32,000 nucleotides of DNA from Alkanindiges sp. WGS2144 (GTDB lineage: Bacteria > Pseudomonadota > Gammaproteobacteria > Pseudomonadales > Moraxellaceae). Below the pieces are notes generated by a model, which saw only the letters and a list, made by a program, of their open reading frames with translations, had not been told where the DNA came from and searched no databases. Made by a program: the position numbers and the translations under genes. This document shows, in pieces, positions 17,120 to 25,574 of the stretch. The stretch lies in NCBI RefSeq assembly GCF_043950625.1, contig NZ_CP171007.1; one strand, given 5' to 3'. Numbering within the stretch: the stretch's first letter is position 1; every line of letters begins with the position of its first letter.

Positions 17120-19102
17120 ATGAACAGATTTTACAAAAACTCAAAGAGCCCGTTTGCATTAACAACCTTATGCTTGTTACTCAGTGCTTGTGGCGGTGAA
17201 AGCAATACATTTAATGAAGGCTCTGGCTCAACAGGTGGTGGTCAAGGCAATGGCAGTATGACGCTACTATGCCCCAGCGATGATTTAAGTTGTGTAGATG
17301 TGGTATTTGATGATACGCCAGTGGTGAACTTGAATTACGAATGCGGCAAGTATAATGGGGTAACCGATGCAACAGGCACTGCACGCTGTCCTATTGACTC
17401 TAATGTCAAATTTTATCTTAAGGCAGCTAATGGCGTACGCCGGGTTAACCTAGGTACTTTTTCTATCAAATCAGTGCGGAATAATGACCCGTCTGAAGCG
17501 CAGGATACCTCACTAATTCGTATAGGCGTTAAAGAACTGGCCGAAAATACGACAGGTGCTTCCATTAATAATCTTGATGATAGTGCAACAGCAACGGCAG
17601 CCATTAATATTAGTCGGCTTTTACAGTCCTTGCGGCGCAAATCAGAGCCCTATGTAGAGACAGCACCAGTCAATCGTGTCTATATTGATAATGCCGTTAA
17701 AGCTGATATTGAAAAAATAAGCCAGAACGTAGAGCCTAAGGATTTCCTGGATGATACTTTTGAGGAAAAGCTGGCACCCTGGTTAGAAGCGCAAAAAAGA
17801 ACCTTGCTTGATGAAGGTGTTGCAAAGGCCAGACTGGAGAAAACCATACTTGCCACTAAGTCGGGTATATTCTTCTCTACTCCCACAGCTACGCTGGATT
17901 GGGGTATGCAGATTGGTAGCCTAAATCTGGATTTAGGCATTTCTGGTTCAAATGCCAATAATCAGCGTGCCAGTGTGGCTGTATATATGCTCACAGACCG
18001 CACAGGGCAAACCACGGGCTATGGGATGCAATGGACTGGGCAGACGACTACTGCTCAAGATGCATATAAGCTATTTTTAACCAGCAATTTTGCCAAAATG
18101 CGTATCAATAATGCATCCGGTAGCATTGATCCTTACACTGATCGTTTTAATAAACTGGGTTTCAAAGTTGGGCCCAAAACTTACGAAGCGAACGATGCCA
18201 ATCAGTATAGTGGAGATACCTTTAGTTTTAATAATGGTAAGTTAATTCGGGACTTGGCTGTTTTTGGTTCTGCCGATGTATATGAGTTTTTTACTCGCGT
18301 GAAAATAGCAGACCAAACTGAGCTTGGTACCTGGGAGCAAAAAACACCAACAGGAAGCACCAGTTTTACCGGAAACGCAACGGTATTTAAAACTGGCGCG
18401 ATAAATAGCTACTTTGATCCGGCGGTATGGCGTACCAAAGATAGTATCACTGCAGGCAACTACATATTCCCTTTGTATGCTACTTTTACATTCAGCTACG
18501 ATGACGCTTATTTGGAGGAGTGCAAGAAGCAAGCCCTTACTTGTGCTAAATCAGATCAGTTACCTGTGGTCTTCCTGGAAAATGGTGACATTATGACCGA
18601 TGGCGATAATGCAGATCTATTAGTGAACTCAAAAGCAGTATGTGGGCAGGGTAATATTCCACAAACTCGTATTGGTACTGTGCGTGCTGCTTATACCAGC
18701 ACAGATGGCAATCAGGCTTATATTAATCCCAGTGTGATTTTATCCGGTGATCAGTTTGGTGCACTGGATGGTATACAAATAGGCACTTCTGCGTTGGCGC
18801 CCCGGGTCAAAATTAATATTGCTGGTATTAAACAGGCTGCAACCGGTCAGCAAGGTAGCATTAACGTGACCAGTGCTGAGGGCGGCGACACTGCTTCAGG
18901 TAACGCGCCAGGAGTTTGGGTGAATGGATTTAATAGCTTTACAGGCTTTCGTGTAGCACAAAAAGAGGCAGAAGATGCGGCAGAAGAGAAGCCTGAAAAA
19001 CCGTCACCAGCCATTACCAAAGCGCAAAAACTTGCCTCTGAACAGGTGGCAGGTAATCTTGCGGCAAGTGTTTCTTCTTGTTATACAGTAAAACAGAAGT
19101 AA
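17120..19102 (+). CDS. filF: Large lipoprotein of unknown function (FilF-like)
   Basis: 660 aa. Lipobox LLLSAC|GGES with Gly at +2, which predicts outer-membrane sorting. There are four Cys within the first ~70 mature residues and a K/E/A/P-rich C-terminal tail. The size and position match my memory of Acinetobacter FilF. Confidence 0.6.
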   Translation: MNRFYKNSKSPFALTTLCLLLSACGGESNTFNEGSGSTGGGQGNGSMTLLCPSDDLSCVDVVFDDTPVVNLNYECGKYNGVTDATGTARCPIDSNVKFYLKAANGVRRVNLGTFSIKSVRNNDPSEAQDTSLIRIGVKELAENTTGASINNLDDSATATAAINISRLLQSLRRKSEPYVETAPVNRVYIDNAVKADIEKISQNVEPKDFLDDTFEEKLAPWLEAQKRTLLDEGVAKARLEKTILATKSGIFFSTPTATLDWGMQIGSLNLDLGISGSNANNQRASVAVYMLTDRTGQTTGYGMQWTGQTTTAQDAYKLFLTSNFAKMRINNASGSIDPYTDRFNKLGFKVGPKTYEANDANQYSGDTFSFNNGKLIRDLAVFGSADVYEFFTRVKIADQTELGTWEQKTPTGSTSFTGNATVFKTGAINSYFDPAVWRTKDSITAGNYIFPLYATFTFSYDDAYLEECKKQALTCAKSDQLPVVFLENGDIMTDGDNADLLVNSKAVCGQGNIPQTRIGTVRAAYTSTDGNQAYINPSVILSGDQFGALDGIQIGTSALAPRVKINIAGIKQAATGQQGSINVTSAEGGDTASGNAPGVWVNGFNSFTGFRVAQKEAEDAAEEKPEKPSPAITKAQKLASEQVAGNLAASVSSCYTVKQK

Positions 19103-19122
19103 GAGTAGATAGATAATTTAAG

Positions 19123-19150
19123 AAGGGCTTTTCAAAAAAGCCCTTTTTCT
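19123..19150. terminator. Rho-independent terminator closing the cluster, shared with the convergent NUDIX gene
   Basis: AAGGGCTTTT (19123-19132) pairs with AAAAGCCCTT (19136-19145) around a 3-nt loop. The T-run at 19144-19148 overlaps the last two bases of the 3' stem arm. It lies between the stops at 19102 (+) and 19174 (-). Confidence 0.8.
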
Positions 19151-19173
19151 ATTGGTAGAAGTACTTTGAGAAA

Positions 19174-19722
19174 CTAACCACTACCATCCAGACGTGTCCC
19201 GATTGTTTCCAGGTGCAGTACAAAAGCACCCTGCTTACGATCCTGGAAATAATGCCTTAAGGTGCGTTCAACACTAGGAAAGGCTAATTCCTGCCATGGA
19301 ATTTCTTCTTCGCTAAACAGGCCGCATTCCAGACTTTCGCTACCAGCACCGTATTTGCCATCTTTTAGGTCGCCCTTAAACAATACATAAATTTGACCAA
19401 TCCGGGGAATATTGTACAGGCAATATAGCTGTTCAATATTAACCACTGCCTCGGCTTCTTCCAGAGTTTCACGTGCAGCACCTTCTTCCATGGTTTCATA
19501 AAGCTCCATGAAGCCAGCAGGAAGTGTCCATAGGCCGTAACGTGGCTCAATGGCACGTTTGCATAGCAGTACTTTGTCTTGCCAGGTCACCAGCGCCCCG
19601 CAAATTACCTTGGGGTTTTCATAATGGATATGGCCGCAATTGTTACAGACCAGACGCTCACGCTGATCACCTTCAGGGATAGTAAGCTGACCTTGCTGGC
19701 CGCATTTTAAGCAAAAAGACAT
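19174..19722 (-). CDS. NUDIX hydrolase with an N-terminal zinc-ribbon
   Basis: CLKCG...CNNCGH forms a CxxC/CxxC ribbon, followed by the Nudix box GFMELYETMEEGAARETLEEAEA. The start is placed at MSFCLKCG (ATG at 19722); the ORF track extends to 19782. Confidence 0.8.
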   Translation of the reverse strand: MSFCLKCGQQGQLTIPEGDQRERLVCNNCGHIHYENPKVICGALVTWQDKVLLCKRAIEPRYGLWTLPAGFMELYETMEEGAARETLEEAEAVVNIEQLYCLYNIPRIGQIYVLFKGDLKDGKYGAGSESLECGLFSEEEIPWQELAFPSVERTLRHYFQDRKQGAFVLHLETIGTRLDGSG

Positions 19723-19818
19723 GCAGGTACTGATCAATGTTAAAGGGCTACTGAGCATAACCGAAAACTTTAACAATCGCATCTGGTTATCCTGACTTTA
19801 ACGCGGTAAGCTAGAAGT

Positions 19819-20445
19819 ATGCAGCCGAATAACTCGTCCTCTTTAATATTGCCGACTGAGTCATTAATTGACCAGCTTACCCGGACATTAAGCTTTGCAC
19901 CGTCGCCGCGTCGTGCAGATGCTGCTGTACTGCTTGCTATTACCAATGAGGCGGAGCCTCAGGTATTGCTAACACGTCGTGCTTCCCACATGCGTCATCA
20001 TGCCGGTGAGGTGTCTTTTCCCGGAGGCAGGCGTGAACTGGGCGATACCAGTAATATTGTAGTGGCGCTAAGAGAAGCACAGGAAGAAACAGGTCTTAAC
20101 CCTTTTCAGGTGCAGCTCATTGGCGAGTTGCCCAGCCAGCGTTCTAAAAGTGGCCTTTGGGTCAAGCCAGTGGTTGGCATTATTCCACCGCAAATCGCAT
20201 TGCAACCGCAGCCTGAGGAGATTGACCGGATTTTTTATGTGGCGCTGGCTCATATGCTTAATGCCAAACCATTACCCTATCCAGTGAAGCTTAACCAGCG
20301 ACAGTTTTATATGCCCAGTTTTCAGCTGGACAATGAAATCATCTGGGGGTTAACGGCAAGTATTTTAGTCTCCCTGTTTAGGCGCGGGCTTAAGCATTCC
20401 ATTGAGTGGCCGCTGTTAATGAATCATACTGAGCCGCGGCGCTAA
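19819..20445 (+). CDS. nudL: CoA pyrophosphatase-type NUDIX hydrolase (NudL/YeaB-like)
   Basis: 208 aa. LLTRRASHMRHHAGEVSFPGGRRELGDTSNIVVALREAQEETGL is typical of CoA pyrophosphatases. Confidence 0.8.
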   Translation: MQPNNSSSLILPTESLIDQLTRTLSFAPSPRRADAAVLLAITNEAEPQVLLTRRASHMRHHAGEVSFPGGRRELGDTSNIVVALREAQEETGLNPFQVQLIGELPSQRSKSGLWVKPVVGIIPPQIALQPQPEEIDRIFYVALAHMLNAKPLPYPVKLNQRQFYMPSFQLDNEIIWGLTASILVSLFRRGLKHSIEWPLLMNHTEPRR

Positions 20446-20495
20446 GTATCTCTGGTTCGGTAGCCTCAAGACCAAAAATGGCAGCAGGAAAAATT

Positions 20496-21029
20496 ATGCT
20501 TTATTGTTTAGATGAACATTGCCCCACCAGTACAGTTTCTCCGTGGGATGGCTGGATAGCGGATAATGCCACGGTCATTGGTCAGGTGAGTCTTGGACAG
20601 CAGGTCAGTATCTGGTTTGGGGCAGTGATTCGTGCTGATAACAGTCCAATTATTTTAGGTGATTTTAGTAATGTACAGGAAAATGCCGTATTGCATACGG
20701 ACGCCGGCATTGCACTCAACATTGGGGAGTATGTGACAATTGGGCATCAGGCCATGCTGCATGGCTGTACCATTGGTGATAACACCTTAATTGGTATTAA
20801 TGCCGTAGTATTAAATCATGCAGTGATTGGCAAAAACTGTATTATTGGTGCCAATGCCCTGATTCCTGAAGGCAAAATCATTCCAGATAACTCGATCGTG
20901 ATGGGTTCACCCGGCAAAGTGGTCAAGCAGGCAGGTGAGCAGGTTGAGCAAATGAACCGTTTAAGTGCTTTGCATTATGCGAGTCATTACCAAAAGTTCC
21001 GGCAGGGTTTACGTCCTCATCAATTGTAG
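20496..21029 (+). CDS. Gamma-class carbonic anhydrase-like hexapeptide-repeat protein (YrdA/PaaY/CaiE-like)
   Basis: Left-handed beta-helix repeats: IWFGAVIRAD, VQENAVLHTD, IGHQAMLHGCTIGDNTLIG, VLNHAVIGKNCIIGANALI. AGGAAA precedes ATG 20496; the alternative start is 20478. Confidence 0.85.
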   Translation: MLYCLDEHCPTSTVSPWDGWIADNATVIGQVSLGQQVSIWFGAVIRADNSPIILGDFSNVQENAVLHTDAGIALNIGEYVTIGHQAMLHGCTIGDNTLIGINAVVLNHAVIGKNCIIGANALIPEGKIIPDNSIVMGSPGKVVKQAGEQVEQMNRLSALHYASHYQKFRQGLRPHQL

Positions 21030-21117
21030 AGGCTGCTATGAGCCAGTACATTTAATGCTATAATGGTCAGGCTGGAAATTACGATTAGTTTGTATTCGGA
21101 GCGTATTGAGGTGCGTC

Positions 21118-21600
21118 ATGAATAGCCAGGTAAATGCAGTAAAAAAACGAAAATTGTTGTCTGCACTGGTCAGTGATATGGCTCAAACTTTTCGTGACCA
21201 TCCTTCCTTGTCTTCCCTACAGCCAGTAAAGGAATTACTGGAAAAACAGGTACCCTTTAATCAGCTTGCTTCCTTGCCTAAGAATCAGGCACTAGATTTG
21301 CTGGATCAATTTCAGGCCAGGGTGACGCCGCAGTTTTATACTGGTTTGTGCGCTCAGAGCCCGTGGTTTGGCAGCACTGAAAAACGGCTTACCGGTCTTG
21401 GTTCAGCCAGCCTGTTTGTGCCAGTAACAGCCGATGGTCTTGCCCAAAAGCATCCACCATTTACGGTACAACAACAGTGGGGGCGAGTAGGGCGTCAGGC
21501 CGAGTTATTCAAGGAGCAGCTACAGCGCAAAATTGACCGCATGACCGGTGTACGTGCCAAAATAGATGAGTGGGATACCGTCTTCCCCGAAGATGAATAA
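21118..21600 (+). CDS. Hypothetical protein
   Basis: 160-aa ORF with GAGG 6 nt upstream of ATG 21118. I recognised no family motif. Confidence 0.5.
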   Translation: MNSQVNAVKKRKLLSALVSDMAQTFRDHPSLSSLQPVKELLEKQVPFNQLASLPKNQALDLLDQFQARVTPQFYTGLCAQSPWFGSTEKRLTGLGSASLFVPVTADGLAQKHPPFTVQQQWGRVGRQAELFKEQLQRKIDRMTGVRAKIDEWDTVFPEDE

Positions 21601-21652
21601 TCATCATGCCATCGCTAAAGCCCTACATGGTTCAGTGAAAGCATGTGTGTAA

Positions 21653-22078
21653 TTAACTTAAAAAAATTAAAAACAGACTCCAGATAATGCCCACAACAAG
21701 CAGGGTTTTGGCAATCAAACGGATGAGGGCGCTACTGCCCGCGCTTGCGCCCTGATCATCACCAGCAAATAATTGGGCAAACAGCTCGCCTGCGCGTGAA
21801 CCAAAACAAAAACCAGTTACTGCGCCAATAGCTGCAAAGACATAAGCCAAAAACCAGATAAATTCTGCACTGACCTGTGGCTGGGCAAGCGTCCTTAATA
21901 AGATGGTAGCCAGGTCAAACAAGCCACCCAGTAATAAACCGAATATACCCGCAAACAGTGCAAATTTAAGACGGTTAACCGTTGAGCGTAAGCGCTGTTC
22001 AGAGGGGTGGCTCTGCAAGCGCTCTAGCTGGTGCTTTTTAAACCATCGGGCAGATTTATGATGAATAAAATGGCGCAT
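21653..22078 (-). CDS. Hypothetical small membrane protein
   Basis: About 141 aa from MRHFIHHK, with AGGTGA upstream of ATG 22078. It has three or four hydrophobic segments (FALFAGIFGLLLGGLF, FIWFLAYVFAAIGAVTGFCF, LLVVGIIWSLFLIFL). Confidence 0.55.
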   Translation of the reverse strand: MRHFIHHKSARWFKKHQLERLQSHPSEQRLRSTVNRLKFALFAGIFGLLLGGLFDLATILLRTLAQPQVSAEFIWFLAYVFAAIGAVTGFCFGSRAGELFAQLFAGDDQGASAGSSALIRLIAKTLLVVGIIWSLFLIFLS

Positions 22079-22330
22079 TGTTCTCACCTTTGGGTATTTA
22101 ATCAAGGCCAGTCTGTGGCGCAATTAGTGATCGGTATTTTTTTGATTTAAAAAGCCATGAGCTATTGCCAGCGTTGATTGATTGAGCTCAAAAAAAGCTT
22201 TTTATACAAAGGTACTCAGTTAGATAGTACTGGTGTATACATAAAATAGCGTAAAAATTTCCTGTGGTTTTGTTACTATAGCCCGCTGCAAGACTACAGA
22301 TTGATAGACAGAAATAGACAAGGGGCAGGC

Positions 22331-23014
22331 ATGCTGCTGGCATTAGAAACGGCAAATGATGGGTGTTCGGTAGCATTGTATGATGGGCGGCAAGTGGTGG
22401 CGCAGCATCAGGATGACCGTAGCCGTGAACAGACGCGCCTGATTTTGCCCATGATTGATGCAGTATTACACGAGCAGCAATTGAATATTGCTGAGCTTAA
22501 GGCCATTGCCTTTAGCCGTGGACCAGGATCATTTAGCGGCGTACGCATTAACGCGGCAGTAGCCCAGGCGCTGGCCTGGGCGCATGATCTGCCAGTAGTG
22601 CCTGTCTCTACGTTGCAGGCACTGGCTCAAGCCGCGTACCGCCTGCATGGTTTGACTCATGTGATGAGTGTGCTGGATGCACGGATGAATGAGGTGTATA
22701 GCGCAGCTTACCAGCTGGATGATCAGGGACTGATGCAGCCGCTGACAGATGAGCAATTGGGTGCTTATGATCAGCTTGATTTAGCGGATCAGGCATTAGA
22801 TTTTGCACTGGTCGGCAATGGCAGTGTGCTAGTTAGCCAATCTGAAGCGCACCAGACTTTCCCTCAGCTAAAACCCACCAGTGAAGACATTGCGGTGCTG
22901 GCTTATGCGACATTCAAGGCAGGGCAGGCGGTGAGTGCAGCGCAAGCCTTACCGGTGTATTTGCGCGACAATGCCTGGAAAAAAATAGCCGAGCAGGGTA
23001 GTAGCAAGCACTAA
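22331..23014 (+). CDS. tsaB: tRNA threonylcarbamoyladenosine (t6A) biosynthesis protein TsaB
   Basis: MLLALETANDGCSVAL... and FSRGPGSFSGVRI are typical of TsaB/YeaZ. AAGGGG RBS. The ORF track begins at TTG 22301. Confidence 0.9.
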   Translation: MLLALETANDGCSVALYDGRQVVAQHQDDRSREQTRLILPMIDAVLHEQQLNIAELKAIAFSRGPGSFSGVRINAAVAQALAWAHDLPVVPVSTLQALAQAAYRLHGLTHVMSVLDARMNEVYSAAYQLDDQGLMQPLTDEQLGAYDQLDLADQALDFALVGNGSVLVSQSEAHQTFPQLKPTSEDIAVLAYATFKAGQAVSAAQALPVYLRDNAWKKIAEQGSSKH

Positions 23015-23076
23015 AACGTGCGCTTAAGGCTTTTTAGAAACTTTATTAGTCACTTTTTTATTTATAGGGGAGCACA

Positions 23077-23901
23077 ATGGACATCTGGCTGTTGCTTCAG
23101 GCCATCGTGATGGGGGTGGTAGAAGGAATTACCGAATTTCTGCCAATTTCCAGCACTGGCCATTTAATTTTGGCCAGTGAGCTCATGGATTTTTGGAGCA
23201 AGCAAAAAAGTGACGTGTTTGTGGTGACCATTCAGATGGGTGCTATTGCAGCGGTTATTTATGAATACTGGACAAGATTGTGGGGTGCTGCCACTGGTAT
23301 TGTAACGGGTGAACCACAGGGGCGACGTTTGGGCTTTGGCCTGATTCTGGCTTCCATTCCCATTGTGCTGGTGGGCTTAACGTTGGGGCAGGCGGTTAAA
23401 GACCTGCTGTTTAATGATATTGCAGTGGCCATGGGTTTAATTGTTGGCGGACTGATTATTATCTGGGTGGAAAAAACTCCTATTAGAATCAATGCACCAG
23501 AAGTAGAAAATATCAGCTTTAAGCAGGCGGTTTATATTGGTCTGATTCAGGTGTTGTCGCTTATTCCGGGTACGTCGCGTTCGGGTGCAACAATTATCGG
23601 CGGTATGATGCTGGGTTTGTCGCGCAAGGCAGCCACTGAGTTTTCCTTCTTTTTGGGTATCCCGGTGATTGTTGGCGCAGGGCTGCTTGACTTGTGGCAA
23701 AACCGGGGTGTGCTGCATGGTACAGAGGACTGGGCAGTACTGACCGTTGGTTTGATTGCTTCGTTTATTTCTGCCTTGCTGCTTATTCGTGTGCTGGTTG
23801 ATTATGTGGCAAAGCGTAATTTTATGGTGTTTGCCTGGTATCGAATTTTTTCCGGATTGGTGATTTTACTGTTTGCCTGGACTGGCTGGAAATTGTGGTA
23901 A
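23077..23901 (+). CDS. uppP: Undecaprenyl-diphosphate phosphatase
   Basis: 274 aa polytopic membrane protein. GVVEGITEFLPISSTGHL and PGTSRSGATI are the canonical BacA/UppP motifs. Confidence 0.96.
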   Translation: MDIWLLLQAIVMGVVEGITEFLPISSTGHLILASELMDFWSKQKSDVFVVTIQMGAIAAVIYEYWTRLWGAATGIVTGEPQGRRLGFGLILASIPIVLVGLTLGQAVKDLLFNDIAVAMGLIVGGLIIIWVEKTPIRINAPEVENISFKQAVYIGLIQVLSLIPGTSRSGATIIGGMMLGLSRKAATEFSFFLGIPVIVGAGLLDLWQNRGVLHGTEDWAVLTVGLIASFISALLLIRVLVDYVAKRNFMVFAWYRIFSGLVILLFAWTGWKLW

Positions 23902-23903
23902 GC

Positions 23904-24719
23904 ATGCTTTTGCTCAGCAATCGCTGTGGTGCTGATCAGTTATTGCACTGGCAACAGCAGCTTAAAAATTTAAACATTGAGATCATACCCAAATTTGAGG
24001 CTTCTTTTGGTTCAAAAGTGCTGACGCAATATCAGGAGCCGCTGTTTATTGTTGATGAAAAAGGCCTCTGGCTAGCGGCTAATGGGATGCGGATGCAGCC
24101 CGACTGGGTAGGACAATTGGCGCGGTTAAAGCGTGCCAGCCATAAAAATGAGCTGATTGCCCGTGCCTGTCAGACTGAACAACAGCCGGTCATTATTGAT
24201 GCTACGGCAGGTTTGGGTCATGATGGTTTATTGCTGGCCTGGCTGGGTGCCAAGGTGAATCTGATTGAGCGACACCCAGTGCTGTTTGCTTTGCTCAGCG
24301 ATGCCTATCAGACTGCGATGCAACATCCGGCGCTGGCGGCAACCATGCAGCGCGTACAACTGGTACATGGTGAGGCTAGTGACTATCTGGCGCAAATGCA
24401 ACGCCAGGGTAAAAAGGTAGATGTGGTATATCTTGACCCCATGTTTCCCAAAGGGGGCCACAAAGAGGCCAAAAAGCAGGCGCAGGTTAAAAAGGAAATG
24501 CAAATTTTGCATTACTTATTACCTGATCACGCGGGTATGGACCTAGGAGAGTATTTGCTGCCGCTGGCAAAGCAAGTTGCGCCAAGAGTTATTATCAAAA
24601 GACCAAGGCATGCGGCGCCCTTAACCGCTGATATGCCACAGCATCAATGGCTGGGAGATGCCTGCCGGTTTGATGGCTATTTTCAGCCCGCGTTGCAGCT
24701 AAAAAACTCGCAGCTATAA
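23904..24719 (+). CDS. rsmJ: 16S rRNA (guanine1516-N2)-methyltransferase
   Basis: VIIDATAGLGHDGLLLAWLGAKVNLIERHP and VVYLDPMFP are typical of RsmJ/YhiQ. The ORF track starts at GTG 23895, which overlaps uppP. Confidence 0.85.
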   Translation: MLLLSNRCGADQLLHWQQQLKNLNIEIIPKFEASFGSKVLTQYQEPLFIVDEKGLWLAANGMRMQPDWVGQLARLKRASHKNELIARACQTEQQPVIIDATAGLGHDGLLLAWLGAKVNLIERHPVLFALLSDAYQTAMQHPALAATMQRVQLVHGEASDYLAQMQRQGKKVDVVYLDPMFPKGGHKEAKKQAQVKKEMQILHYLLPDHAGMDLGEYLLPLAKQVAPRVIIKRPRHAAPLTADMPQHQWLGDACRFDGYFQPALQLKNSQL

Positions 24720-24731
24720 GCAGAGTTCAGT

Positions 24732-25535
24732 GTGGATGCCATGATTTTACCAACAAAATTTCCGCAAAAAAAATTACAGCAAAAAGAAACTGGTGAAAAA
24801 AGAGTCTGGCAAAAATTTGATGCTGCGGCCAGCCGTTATGATCGGGCCAGTTTCTTACAACAACAGGCTGCTCGCCACTTACTTGATTTGATGGGTACTG
24901 TTGTGCCCGGCAGTATATGGCTGGATGCAGGTTGTGGTACTGGGGTACTGGCCAAAGCACTGGCAAATCAGGAAGCGCGGGTCTGGGCAGTTGATCTGGC
25001 ACCCAATATGCTCAAGGCACTGGAATATGATGATCGCATTCAGACTATTCTGGCTGATATCCGGAATTTGCCACTGGCCGATGATATGCTGGATGGCGCA
25101 GTGAGCAGTTTTGCCTTGCACTGGCTGGGTGCAACCATTATTGAGGAAATATTACGGGTAATTCAACCAGGAGGCGAAGCCTGGCTGGCAGTACCGGTAC
25201 AAGGCTCTTTAGCTGAGGTGACGGCACGTTATCCGGGTTTGCCAGTTTTTGCGTTTGAACCGGCGCAGTGCTGGCTGGCACAGGCAGGGAGTACCGTACA
25301 GTACTGGGAAACCAGACGGTTTAGCCAGTCTTACTCTAGTTTGAAAGCGCTGATTAGCGCGATCCGGCAAATGGGTGGTAACGAGAGTGGACAAGCGCCT
25401 TCTACCACCAGTAAATCACAATGGAAGCAATGGTTAGGCGATCAGACGCCCATCGATTTATCTTTTGAGGTGTTGTTCCTTCATTTGAAAAAACCGGCCA
25501 CTGATCATGCGTTGGCTTTTTTATATGAGTCTTAA
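24732..25535 (+). CDS. bioC: Malonyl-[acp] O-methyltransferase
   Basis: FDAAASRYDRASFLQQQAARHLLDL plus the SAM motif WLDAGCGTG, directly upstream of bioD. The start is GTG 24732 or ATG 24741. Confidence 0.85.
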   Translation: MDAMILPTKFPQKKLQQKETGEKRVWQKFDAAASRYDRASFLQQQAARHLLDLMGTVVPGSIWLDAGCGTGVLAKALANQEARVWAVDLAPNMLKALEYDDRIQTILADIRNLPLADDMLDGAVSSFALHWLGATIIEEILRVIQPGGEAWLAVPVQGSLAEVTARYPGLPVFAFEPAQCWLAQAGSTVQYWETRRFSQSYSSLKALISAIRQMGGNESGQAPSTTSKSQWKQWLGDQTPIDLSFEVLFLHLKKPATDHALAFLYES

Positions 25536-25574
25536 GCACTTTAAACTCTGCATACTCGCAAGGAAGATCAGATA

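Noticed and set aside
7905-19102. Interpretation of the cluster as a chaperone-usher, type IV, type V or curli pilus system, or as a bacteriocin/T1SS export locus because of the C39 peptidase.
   Set aside because: There is no Ig-fold chaperone or ~800-aa usher. There is no prepilin leader (G|FTLIE) or ATPase. There is no CsgG/CsgE/CsgF-like set. There is no ABC-transporter or MFP gene, and no double-glycine leader peptides. The subunits carry ordinary Sec signal peptides.
7623-19173. The possibility that the cluster is a horizontally acquired genomic island.
   Set aside because: No integrase, transposase, tRNA gene or flanking direct repeats are visible. The flanks are housekeeping genes, and from memory the same neighbourhood (hisGDC) is shared with Acinetobacter. 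I cannot support a mobile origin from this window.
22188-22376. 62-aa minus-strand ORF in the tsaB upstream region.
   Set aside because: It overlaps the tsaB start and has no RBS. Its Cys/Leu-rich sequence has no recognisable features. It is probably a chance ORF in an AT-rich intergenic region.
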